64,000 bases of DNA, taken from contig NC_086376.1 of NCBI RefSeq assembly GCF_036588685.1, positions 63,674,001 through 63,738,000 of the forward strand. The letters run 5' to 3'. This DNA comes from Mytilus trossulus (taxonomy: Eukaryota). Every line of letters starts with the position of its first letter. Position 1 is the first letter of the stretch. The notes beneath the pieces were generated by a model, which had not been told where the DNA came from, did not search any database, and saw only the letters and a list, made by a program, of their open reading frames with translations. Below, one piece after another: positions 27,329-39,955 of the stretch. The position numbers and the translations under genes are program-made.

Positions 27329-28864
27329 AACAGAAAGAAAAGTCTTTATACAATTTATTTTAACAAATGAGATGAGTTATGGTGTCAAAGATACCAAATG
27401 TGTCTCTCACTGGCATTTACTTCTTTTTTTGACAGTAATTCCCGTTTTAGAAATTTAAGTTCAGTACCTTGTTATTCTTTTTTAATCAGCAAAAATATTT
27501 ACTTGAAGACAACAGAAGTATGAATTAAAGAACTCTGGTATTTGTTTTCTTCTTAATACTGGTTCATAGAAATAAAGTTAACCATTCATACAGGAACAAT
27601 GTGTTTTCATTCCTTACATAAGTACAAATCGTCAGCTGAAAAACCTGTTCACCAACCTAAACGTAGACGTTACGTATAATTTCAATGATTAACAAATAGT
27701 AGGAATTCTTTTCATATGAAACGTTTTCCGTTGAAAAGTATGGCTTTGGGGATCTGCCTTAAGACCATTAAAACAAGTTTCTTAGACAGTCGATGTTCTT
27801 TTCATGAACATTTGAAAAGCAAACTTAATGTTAAACAAAGAAAAATGTAATATAACAAAAATCCCGAACTCCCTGTAAATTCTAAAAGAAAATTCTTTAA
27901 TCAAATGGCAAAACAAAAAGTTCAAACACATCAAACGAATGGAAAATAACTGTCACACTCTTAACTTGGAAAAGGCTTTAAATTGTGTATAAAAGGTGGA
28001 TTAAACCTGTCTTAGCTTATTTACCTTTCACATGAACAGCATATGCAAAAACAGAAAAGTTGGCATATTAATCATAAAAGAGGATGTTCAACATTTTAAT
28101 TGTGTTTAGTCGTCTTATATTTCTTTATAACAGAGTTGATATTTAAGTCTGAATTTGCAGTTACTTAGGATTCTATTTGGCTTAAACGTTCCTTGCATAA
28201 TTCTGGATAGATACGAACTCAAATACCATTTCCTTTTCAGGCATTTTTCACTATAATGTTAATTGATAAAAAAAATGAGCAGTGCTTTACTGCATTCCAT
28301 TTAGAGAACTTGAATTGTCTAAAAAAAAAATAATAATTTTTACCATTCCTATATAAAAGTATATTTATATGGATATCATTATGCCAGATATACAACTATT
28401 GAAAATAAAACAAAACACAAAATAAGAAACTTTGCTATGATAGAATAGTGTTTGATAGCGTATTAATATCATATCTAAACGAGAAAAGGAGGCGTTTAAT
28501 GTATTGAGGGAGTAAGTAACAAATCATAAAGAGAAGAAAATATAAGTAGACGTTATGACACTTTGGTATTATAATTGGATCAACAGACAAATAATGAAGG
28601 ATTTTGTGATCCAAACACATTAATATTTTTTTTATTTTTTTTTAGGGAATGATTACATGGCTTTCATAATGGAAATAAAACCAGAATTTATTAGTTTGAC
28701 ATATAACTTAGCAAATTTATAGATATTATACGTGTCTAATGATAGTATTGTTTTCAAAAAGGTTGGGTAAAAATAAACTCGAACAAACATATTCCACTTC
28801 ATGTCTGTGAAAGAAATAAGCCGTATCTGTAACTGTCTCAATTATCGGCATGTTACTATGTTAT

Positions 28865-30258
28865 GTTCGGCAGAATTAATTTCTGTCTACCCGTGCGAGA
28901 TGGACACAGATTAGACTCATAAGCGAAAGCTGAAAAAAAGTTAAAGGAAGAGAAATGACATGGTCTGCGAAAGCGCAAATTAGTCCACAGACATAAACTA
29001 TCATACATACCATGATTGAACTTTTTTATTTGCGCCCAACGCGCGTTTCGTCTACAAAATATTCATCAGTGAAAGTCGAATGAAAATATGTTAAAAAGGC
29101 AAAAGTGCTGACTACTGGGCTGGTGAGATACCCTCCATCAGCAGTAGCATCAACATAGTGGTTGTAAATAAACTCATGATACTATATTCTGTTCGGTTGA
29201 ATTAGTTTCTGTCTTCCTCGTGCGAGATGGACACAGATTTGACTTATAAGCGAAAGCTGAAAAATAGTTAAACGAAGAGAAATTACCTGGTCTGCGAAAG
29301 CACAAGTTAATCCTCAGATATAAACTTTCATACATACCATGATTGAATTTTTTAAGGTGCACCTAACGCGCGTTTTGTCTATAAAGACTCATCAGTGAAG
29401 GTAGAATTAAAAAATGTAAAAAAAAAAACAGAAAAAAAGTACGATGTTGAAAATATAATAAAGAAGATGTGGTATGATTGCCAATGAGGCAACTGTCCAC
29501 AAGAGACTTAAATGGCACAGACATTAACTATAGATCACCGTACGGCCTTCAACAATGAGCTAAGCCCATACCGCATAGTCAGCTATAAAAGGCCCCGATT
29601 AGACAATGTAAAACAATTCAAACGAGAAAACTAACGGTCTAATTTATATAAAACAATGAAGCATTGAGTAACAAAAACATTTTGGACGAATACAGCTAAG
29701 GTTATCCAATCATGAAGTAGAAAAACCGTAGTACTTAAAAAATTCAAAGTTTAAATTATATTTGATTCGGTACTTTGTAAACAGTTAGTTTATAATTATG
29801 AACATACGCATAATAAATTAAGTCAGCAAAGAAGTGCAGACTACTAGGCTGGTGCTACCCTCGCGGAATTAAAACTCCATCAGCAGTTGCATCAACCTAG
29901 TGGTTTTAATTAAATCATCATAGATACCGGAATTGAAATTTTATATTAGCGCCAGATGCGCGTTCCGTCTACAAAATACTCAACATTGATGCCATTATCA
30001 AAAAATGTTAAAAAGTCCAAATCAAGTACGAAGTATAAGAGCATTGAGGATCAAAAATTGCTTAAAGCTTTGCCAAATACATCTTAGGTAATCTAACCCT
30101 GAGGTATACACACTTAAGTATTCCATAAAGTTTAAGTAATATTCGATTCGGTATTTTGTAAACATTTAACTTATAATTGTAAACATATCAATGATAACTC
30201 AAGTCAACACAGAAGTGCTGACTACTGGGCTGGTGATACCCTCGCGAAATAAAACTCC
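28865..30258 (-). mobile_element. Degenerate tandem array of hammerhead-repeat monomers, interrupted by a dispersed repeat at 29461-29655
   Basis: Three degenerate hammerhead cores (~29030-29075, 29357-29400, 29950-29992) and three gtgctgactactgggctggtg-like blocks (~29105, 29834, 30214). Confidence 0.8.
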
Positions 30259-31629
30259 AATAACATCTATTTTGTTATTAGTTGAATGACAGGAACTTTG
30301 GAGTTCCGGTTCACTGTCGTTCTATCAACTTCAACCAATACAACGTCCAACAAATGAAATGTGTGCCCACTTACTTCATTAAATGGTTCCTGTTTTTGTC
30401 GTTTTACTGAAATGCTCCTTACCGTTTTTGCTGACCAAAATATGATTTCGAACCTACCAAATGGCGGTTATCCCAGTAACACAGATATACGCACGGAACG
30501 CATATTATTATATATGATTTTACTTTTATATTTTTTTACAAAAGTTAACGGACGAAATTTGGGTGTTTTGACTTGGTTTGTTTTGACTTGGTTTGTTTTG
30601 ACCAAATACGTTAACAAATTCGCAAAATACAGGATCGGATAATACTAACACCATATGTTTTTATAAAAGAGAGGGAGGCAGAAAATAGCTTGGGGATATT
30701 TACACTGATGTTACCATCTGCAATGATAATACAACAGGATACCAAATGCCGTTGACTTTCATTGGTTAAATCAATTGAAACTGACCTAAAACCAAACTTT
30801 ATCATGCAATAAATAAAAAAAATTCAAAAGTTATGCACCATAATGAGGGGGCGTGACAATATGTTACAGATATTATTAGAAGTACATATGCTCATTCAAC
30901 TGTATATCAAATATCATTGAATTACCATCAGTGTATTATTATATACTGACCTTATTACCCAACTTAACATGTAAACTATGCAAAAGTTTCAAAGTTAATA
31001 GACCATAACTTGAGGGTGAATCAATTAATATATAGGTATAGGAAGATGTGGTGTGAGTGCCAATGAGACAACTCTCCATCCAAACAACAATTCAAAAATT
31101 ATACCATTATAGGTTAAAGTACGGAATATGTATGGAAAAAAGATGACATATTAAAAAAGTAAAATAGCAAAAATACCTTTAGTAATATCAAAGTACGTAA
31201 TTCAAATTCACGACAACTCAGGAACGTATTCGTGATTGCAAAAATCAGACCAATGATAATAAAAAAGCTAATTGTTGGATATTACTATTTTTAGAGCGGA
31301 AGTAAAAAAGACAACAGATAGTCCCTTAATAACCCGTAATTCATACAGAGTCTGATTGACGCAGCTGCAGTAAATTAGATTCATTACACAATGAAGATGT
31401 ATGTATAAGTTTTCTTCTGTAACCATCTTTTCTCTTATTTGAGTTATCACATAAAATGACAGTTATTTCTTTGTATAATATGATAGCGAGTGACCTAGTA
31501 TTAAAACGGTAAAAATGAAATAATTTACAAAGCAAATCAAACTGAAATAAATATACAACAGTTTGTACACTTCCGGTTGTTTCTGTTAACCAAATTGAAA
31601 AAAAAGTTATATCTAGTGCAGCGACATTT

Positions 31630-31731
31630 AATTGACGTTGCACTAGATATCACTTTGTTATTCAAATTGACGTTGCACCAGATATCACTTTGTTATTCAA
31701 ATTGACGTTGCACCAGATATCACTTGTATTC
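31630..31731. repeat. 35-bp tandem repeat x3
   Basis: (aattgacgttgcaccagatatcactttgttattca)n. Confidence 0.92.
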
Positions 31732-33708
31732 ACAATATTGGGCATGTTTATAAATGTTTTATACGTGTATTGACAGTTTTATAGTTTTAATTGTAGCCAT
31801 CGTTAGGTGTAGTATAAACGTTATTCAGAAAAATATCATAATCAATTCTCTTGTATTCGACACGAAAGCGTTATAAGCTTCTTCATTCCCCAGTTTCTAA
31901 GCCTCATACAAAAACAGTGATGTTTTGTCTGACATTGACTTAATTATGTATAATTATTCATTTTTTCAAGGAGTTTTTTTTACTGCTGTTATTAATCTAA
32001 CTATTAGTGGGTTGTCTTTTTGATGAACTTTTGAAGTCTCAATTTAAAAACGAAATTATGACATTGCCCTTGAATTGAGGTAGCGGTTGTCTCTTACATT
32101 CACGTTTGAATTGTTAAACATTGTCATTTCGGGGTCTTTTATAACTAACTATGTTGTACGGGTATGGAATTTGCTCATTGTTGAAGGCCGTAAGGCTACC
32201 TATATTTTTGTGTCATTTTTGTCTCTTGTGTAGAGTTGTCTCATTAGCAAGCATACCACATCTTCCTTTTTATGGTGATAGTTCACAGGGGGTATAAAAA
32301 GTTCCCAGGGGGCGCACCTTTATTCATTTACTAGTATTCCTTAACCGACAACAAAACATCGTTTGACCATTATTTATTCGGATAATCCTTGACACAATTC
32401 GACTCGGGCAAAGAGTGTTGCTTGCTCATTACATTAACTCCACATCTCGATGAAACTTGCTTCAGAAAAAGGGTTCGCAATGAACGAAACCGGTAATATA
32501 CAGTTGTATTATGATTAAATACATTTTGATTTTTAGTGGTTTTATCATATTAAATGTCAACCAAAGATTAAAGTGTCCCATCAAGAGATAGCTTCAAGCT
32601 AAAATCGAAATTTAATAATTATTTATATAAATTAACCCAAAAGTATCAAGTGTTAAAGGATGTTAGTCAATATTAACAGAAAAAATCTATGTTCTGGAGG
32701 ACGGTTGGGAGTCATTTTCAACAGATAATATCTATTTTTAATATCACAAAATGACTGTTGGGAATCATTAACCATAATTACCTGTGTCAATCTACCCTTA
32801 ATTCAAGAAATCGATGCGAGGTCGAAATTGTGTTTATTTCATTGTTTCACTTTTGATGTCCCTTTATATAGGATTTATAATGATTGCAAATGGTAATAAG
32901 GTACTTTAACCCAAAGTATGTGTTATGTGGTTAGTAAACCATCTCCTGGGTTTGTTATATTAATTGCGTTCTATTTGTGTAGTTTCAGCTTCAAGCAATG
33001 TAGTCTTATCATTTTTGTGTGTAAAGCCTTTCACATAACAAACAATAACAATCAAACCCAAGGAGTAAACAAAGACTGACAAAACCAGAGGACATTTACA
33101 TCAACAGTCATAAATAATAATTCAGAATTCCCCATTAAAAAATTAAAAAAATTAAAACCATTATAAGATTAGATACTATTATAAAATATATTAAATAGGA
33201 TTATAAATCTCTAATGATATATAAAATTTCTATATGAGTAAAGACATTTCCAATGACATAGAACATCTTTGTATTGGTATAAAAAAAAAAAGAAATCTGC
33301 AATGCTATGCTATATGACATGTATGTATTGGCATCAAAGAATATGCCATGTCTTCTAGTGTTGATAAATGCAAAGAGGGCAATAATTCTTAATCATTCGT
33401 AAGCGAAAGATAGACAAAACCATAATCTGAAAACATCATCGTAAAGACTAGAAAAAGTTGAAAAAAACCCAGATCGAGCTTCAAGTATCGTACAAAGACA
33501 CATGAAAGATGCAGAAGAAATTCAAGGTATATGGTGAGGTAAAATGCACCCATAGTGATACCCTGCGTGTTATTTCTGACATATAAAAAGCAGTTCTGCT
33601 CCACCAATGATACCTGCTTCTAGTATATTAGTCCTGACATGTCAAAAACAGTACTGGTCTACTCATGGTACCAAGTAGTTATCAAATGTATCAGGATTAT
33701 AATTTAGT

Positions 33709-33752
33709 ACACCAGACACGCGTTTCGTCTACATAAGACTCATCAGTGACGC
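33709..33752 (-). ncRNA. Minimal type I hammerhead ribozyme, core intact
   Basis: Reverse complement reads gcgtca-CTGATGA-gtc ttatgta gac-GAAA-cgcgtg-TC-tggtgt; lies in repeat ~33680-33912. Confidence 0.8.
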
Positions 33753-34129
33753 TCAATATTTATAAAGCAAAACAAGTACAAAGTTGAAGAGCATTGAGGA
33801 TCCAAAATTCCAAAAAGTTGTTTCAAATACGGCTAAGGAAATATATACCTGGGATAAGAAAATCCTTAGTTTTTCGAAAATTCAAAGTTTTGTAAACAGG
33901 AAATTTATAAAACCGTGTTATTCCTACTATGTACAAAACTTTACTGTCAAATCTGAACTTTTAATCTGAAGCTATAAAAAAATCTAATCTGTAATGGAAA
34001 AAAAACTTTTTTTCAATTTTCAACACATCATGCACATTTAAGGGTTAAACATAGATTGGCCTGTACATGTGTCGTATCATTAATTAATATCTGCCAACAT
34101 TTGACTCCTCGTTTCATGGGGTTCGACAG

Positions 34130-35400
34130 ATCTGATAGCATGCATTGCCCTATTTAACAGGTTTGCTATCATCGGCCTTTTATTTTTAAAGGTCTGCTAT
34201 CGTGAGCTTTGTGAATTATCAAGATCTGTATCAAGTAGAGTCTCGTTGAAAAGATCTGCTATCACGTGAATTCTTGTTAGTTTGAAAAGATATGTGCCTT
34301 CTCATTTCAAACATTCTGCTTTCATGTACTGTATTGTCATTGCCAAGTTTTTAAGATCTGCTTGCATATGAATTTTTTTTAATTCTGCTATCGTGTCCTT
34401 TCTTATTTTGAAAGTTTTTCTATCATGTGCGGTTTTCCTTCAAAAGTTCATCTATCAGGACGGGACTTTGCATCTTAAATAATAAGCTACCAACAAAAAT
34501 TTCACAAAAAGTAAAAATCTTATACACAGACAAAATCAAAGGCAAACACTGATATTGGTATTATATCAGTAATGACACAAATTTTATGCCACATGATATA
34601 AGGACAACATTATTTCTTATGACATTCTTCTAACCCTTCCGGAGTGGAGTTCGTGTGTTTCTTATCTATTATTTGTAACTGTTGATGTAAATGTCTTTTG
34701 GTTTTATCAGTTTTTGTTTACTCCTTGGTTTTGATATTGTTATATTTATAAATTAACTGTTTACCAAATTTTGAATTGTTTGAAATACTTTTCTACCTCA
34801 TGCATAGATTACCTTAGCTGTATTTGGAAACTCTTTTAGGAATTTTGAATCTCAATGCTCTTCAACTTCGTATTTTTTTTTTTTTGCTTTTTTAACACTT
34901 TTGGATTCGAGCGTCACTGATGAGTCTCTTGTAGACGAAACGCGCGTCTGGTGTATATATAGAATTTAGTCCTGGTATCTATGATGAGTTTATTTGATTG
35001 TTATTGTCTATTAACTAGTATAATAATTTGACCAATTGTTCTCTCAATTTCAAAATATGATTGTGACATAAAATCAGTTCTATCCTTAGATGTTAAATTA
35101 ACATGTGATATGGATTATCGACCTTTTGTCTCGTTATCATTGCGTATTATATCTTTATTTCTCCTGATGGAGATAAAATAGTGAGTAAATGATAAATAAA
35201 TCATTACATATGGATGTATGTGCATCAAATATTTGACGCAATCACTAGCTTATGTAGTAGGTTAGTGAAAGCTTTAGTTGATTAATAAATTAATCTCTCA
35301 AATATCAACCAGTATCTCAAACATGTTTTAGTAAAGAATGCATAAAATCGTAATGAAATAATATCTTCGACGTCATCTAAATGACCCCCGATGACTGTCG
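34130..35400. repeat. Old duplication shared with ~40465-41330, including a degenerate ~32-bp tandem repeat
   Basis: Repeated gatctgctatcatgtg motif at 34130-34460 and 40465-40910; atccttagatg...tatcgacct...tatatcttta at 35080-35157 and 40983-41058. Confidence 0.65.
34911..34954 (+). ncRNA. Minimal type I hammerhead ribozyme, core intact
   Basis: gcgtca-CTGATGA-gtc tcttgta gac-GAAA-cgcgcg-TC-tggtgt; predicted cleavage after C34948; lies in repeat ~34740-34995. Confidence 0.85.
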
Positions 35401-35939
35401 ATCGTAATGCGCTTCGATATAAACACCAATTTAAATACGTCAAATAGAAACACAAACACGCTCAACATAGAATAATGACGATTTTATGTATAATGTTGTG
35501 ACCAAGTTTTTGAAAGAAGTGTTCAAACTCACATATTAACATGTATAGGAAACATTTTTGTGGTCTAATCAACGAAATTGTTCGTCCTGGTAACTCTATT
35601 GTGTTACTTTTCAACTTTTTCTCATAACTGAACTCGCTGGGCACATAAACAAACCACCTATAACTGCGGGGTCAAATTAAACATTGCATTTAGAAGGAAT
35701 TAAATGGGGTCGAATTATTGTCTAGCAAGACGATAATATATTATATGAGCGATGCTGTAATGTTTATTTTTTTACATAAACTGTTATCACAGAGATATGT
35801 CTAGACTTTTTGTAATTTTGATTATGCAAATGTTGAAATCAAAATAGCAATTTTATACCTTAACATCTTACACAATTTATGCAAACGTTGAAATCAAAAT
35901 ATCAAATAATACCTTAACATCTAACACACGTTATGCAAA

Positions 35940-37941
35940 CATTCAAAGTCAATGAACCATGACTGAGTTACATGGCTAAACAATCTCCATGTAAATGAGA
36001 TGTGAAAATGCTAGTATAACTGCATTCCAAAAAGCATTAACTTATTATAAGTTGTTCCCAAATCTATATACAAAAATTAACTTGTAAACGATGTAAAAGT
36101 TTAATTTTCAATGAAGCACAAAGAGGGGGTAGGGCTGTACAATCTCCATGGAAACAATACTTGCAAATTTGCACACCAAATATCATTGATTTCACATCAG
36201 CAGTTCATCTTAAATTGATCTAATCAAAAACTAATACATGTTAACTAAGATAAGTTTCAAAGTCATTGGACTGTGACTGAGGGGCGAGGCCAAATATTCG
36301 CCATAGAAATGAGATGTGCCAATGCTTATACAACTGAATACCAATTAACATTGACTTACCACTAATGGTTCCCCTTGAACTGACCTAATCACAAACTAAT
36401 ACATGATAACTTACAAAACTTTTCAAAGTCAATAGGCCATGACTACAATGGAAATGAGATGTGCTAACGCTCATACAACTGTATGTCAAATATCATTGAC
36501 CTTCCACTTGTGGGGCCCCATAAACTGACCTAATCACAAACTAAAACATGTAAAATTAGGTCTTTCCACCAAAAACATTGTATTTAAATATGAAAGTTGT
36601 AAAATTTAGTTTAAATTGTCATTTCAATCGTCAAATGATAGCTTATTGTACGCTGATTCCAAAAATATATGGGTTTTAATCAATATTTTTTATATAAGGG
36701 AGTAATTTGTTACTTCCGGTTTGAAAAATGTTACTCCCGATAATATTTGAATATCAATTTTACACTGATTCCAAAATTTAAAAAAAATAGCTACTTCCGG
36801 TTTACACAGGCTCACTTCCGGTTGTTTTTTCAAGGTTAAAGGGTTTGATACCTTTTGCCGAAAGTCTCATGGCTTTATCATGTATACATATGAGGTAAAA
36901 GTAAAGGTCAAAATCTAGAACATCAAATTAAGCTATGACCTTGACATCAAATTCAAGGTCATTAACCAAGAACCTCTAATCCAAAGACCATAGGTCTTAA
37001 TTATATTTGGTTAATGAGTTATATAACGATACGCATATTTTTAAATACAAAAGGGGAGAAAACTCCCTTCTACGTTCAACGTACCCTTGCGATAAAAATT
37101 TATGTGTTACGACATGTGGCAACTAACAATTTAGTAAAAATAATTTGTGGATATCTTATACAGTTTTTGGAAGTGAGTGAAAATAAGCCAAATTCAAAAT
37201 TTAGAATATGACCTTGACCTTTGACCTTGACCTGATTTTCATTTTTTTGGACCAAGGACCTCAAATCAAAACATCCTAGGTCTCTATCACTGATGGTTTA
37301 CAAGATAGAAATGTATATCACTTATATCAAATGCATAAGGGGAAATAACTATCATATGGAACGTTGATATTACTTTGGTCAAAATAGACAAATCATGCGA
37401 AGGATATAACGAGCAATTTTATATAATAAATTTGTCGTTATCTTTTACGGTTGCGAAGGAGTAGTGGACACAAGGAAAACTGTGTTTGGGGAGAAAACTC
37501 CTACAAAGAAAAGAATATTGGTTACACAGGGTAAATTTGAAAAGCGCATAATCTGTTTGATATCATATACCAAATATCTTAGCGAAATATTGGGAAACAA
37601 ATATTTATCGCAAGAACAAAATTAGGCGGAAGAAAAAAAAAGTAATCAGAAGAAAACAATAGGTCTTTCCACAAAAAGTGGAAAGACGTAATAATCAAAA
37701 GTTTCGAAGTCAGTCAATAGTCCATGACTGAGGGAGCAGGGCAAAATAATATCCATGGAAATGAAATGTGCCAATGCTTATACAACTGCATACCAAATAT
37801 GATTGACTTACACCTTTTGGTTCACCATAAACTAGACCTAATCACAAACTAATACATTGTTGACGCCATCGACACCGACGTAGACGCCGGAAACAGCATA
37901 CCTATGTCTCGCCTTTTAACTCCGTCAAGGCGAGACAAAAA
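35940..37941. mobile_element. Helentron/Helitron-like non-autonomous element with an internal ~160-bp tandem repeat, split by a second element at ~36556-37692
   Basis: Repeat units caaagtca...ggaaatgagatgtg...tgacctaatcacaaactaatacatg; terminal hairpin tgtctcgcctt...aaggcgagaca+aaaa (~37904-37941); the inner element has taggtctttccac near both ends and the hairpin gtctttccac-aaaaa-gtggaaagac. Confidence 0.6.
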
Positions 37942-38442
37942 TTAAACCTCGTGAATGTTCAATAGCAAATGATTATTTCGTTAACAGTATTATTTGTGTT
38001 ATTCGTGTTTAGTGTCTTTCTAAAAGACATTAGCTATCAAAACTTACCCTTTTATAATGATAGAATGATCAAAAACCATACTTGTCAACTTGAAAGCCAT
38101 TTCGGTTTACTTTGTAAGGGTCACCTCACATGATATTAATCAAAACCGTCTTCCACCAACCTTACTATTATTTAGATTCATTTTAATAAAAAAATAATTA
38201 AAAACTAGATCTTCTGTCAATAGCTCCATCAATCATGATAAACGCAGTTATTTAGAGAAACATTTTCATTTAAGGGGTTCTTAATTTTTTTTAAGGAAAA
38301 TAAACAAGTATTATTATTTCTAAATGTTCACCTGTATATAGGTGTTACAACTCGTTGTTTGATACCATCCCGATATATACTTTAGAGAGATATCTGTGAA
38401 GAGACATTTTGACCAATATTTATCATGAGTTGCACAACATAT

Positions 38443-38851
38443 AATAGGGGTAAATTTAGTAAAAAATCTCCCTTTGACTTTAATGTTTATCTTTGTCTTA
38501 AATTAAGTTTATACCTGATTTACCTTTAGAAATTAAAATCTTTCATATATCATTCATGAAAGTACAAATGTAGCCCAATCTTTTCAAACAATACAAACAT
38601 AGGGTCATGCGGCATTTTAGGGCATTCACATGGCCTTGTTTACAAACACTGTAGATTCTCACTTAATTCCTTTACTGACAACCATTACTCTTTTTTTTTT
38701 ATTTTATCATAAACTCCATCTATCCAAAAATATTATTACAAACATTATCAACCAATCAGAAGAGCACAGGACTTCAGTTTTATACAGAAAGCTTTCTCCT
38801 AAATGGGCGGTCCCTGATGACGTATAGTTATTTACTGAATTCACCCCAATA
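38443..38851. mobile_element. Degenerate MITE
   Basis: Imperfect TIRs: ataggggtaaatttagtaaa and tttactgaattcaccccaat. Confidence 0.55.
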
Positions 38852-39563
38852 GGTTTCCTCTCCTTTACTGTTATCCTGCATCTATATAAATCTTACTTAA
38901 ATCACCCAAGCCAGTAACAAAAGTTACCATTAAGAAATCTTTTTTTCCCAAACATTCCGTTTTGTGATAAGGACATGTAACAGTGACCTGAACTCTTATC
39001 CAATTAAACATTAAAATATATTGGGTTCTTTCTTTCTTCTTTCTCTTCCATCTATATGCGTTTCATTTCAACTAAGCAAGAAAACATCATAGTACCATTC
39101 TCAATCATTTACAAAATATAGTACCAGTGACCTCAACATTTGACCCATGTACCATTAAAACCAAAAGACTTCGTTTTTTTGGCTTACAGAAAGACGGAGG
39201 GATGGACAAAAACAATTTCTATATATCAACGACATTCTATTCTCTTCAGGAGATTTAGTATAATTGCACATGAGACAAACTAACAAAATATATATAACAA
39301 AAGATCTTGAACCCCAAGGCAAATTCAAAATGGGGAACTCCATAAAAACTTACAAAACAAAATGCTATCAGCTAACGGAACAAGTGAAAAACCACTTCCA
39401 TATTATATTTTTTAACGCTAGGATATAGATTTATTGCACTAAAGCTGTTAACCATGACCTAACAGCTACAGCTTAAACTAACATGCATATATACCGAAGA
39501 AAATATTGGGTTAAACCTGGTTTTATAGATAGATACATCTTCTTATTGTATGATAGTTGTTTA

Positions 39564-39955
39564 GGTATATATGATGAGTTTGTTTACAACCACTGGGTCG
39601 ATGCCACTGCTGGTGGAGATTTATTTCGCCGAGGGTATCACAAGCCCAGTAGTCAGCACTTTTTGTGCTGACAGGAATTGTCATTGATATGGTTATATTT
39701 ATAAATGCACTGTTTAAAAATTGTAGAATTTTTTGAAATACTAAGGCTTTTTTACCTCAGGCATAGATAACCTTAGCTGTATCTGGTATAACTTTAAGGA
39801 ATTTTGGTCCTCTATGCTCTTCAACTTCGTACTTTATTTGTCCTTTTTATCTTTTTTGGACTCGAGCGTCACTGATGAGTCTTTTGTAGACGAAACGCGC
39901 GTCTGGCGTATATATTAAATTTAGTCCTGGTATCTATGATGAGTTTATTATACAA
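39564..39955 (+). mobile_element. Full ~365-bp monomer of the hammerhead-bearing repeat (PLE pLTR / retrozyme-like)
   Basis: Terminally redundant: ggtatatatgatgagtttgtttacaa at the start and ggtatctatgatgagtttattatacaa at the end; contains the hammerhead. Confidence 0.85.
39866..39909 (+). ncRNA. Minimal type I hammerhead ribozyme, best copy
   Basis: gcgtca-CTGATGA-gtc ttttgta gac-GAAA-cgcgcg-TC-tggcgt; predicted cleavage after C39903. Confidence 0.88.
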
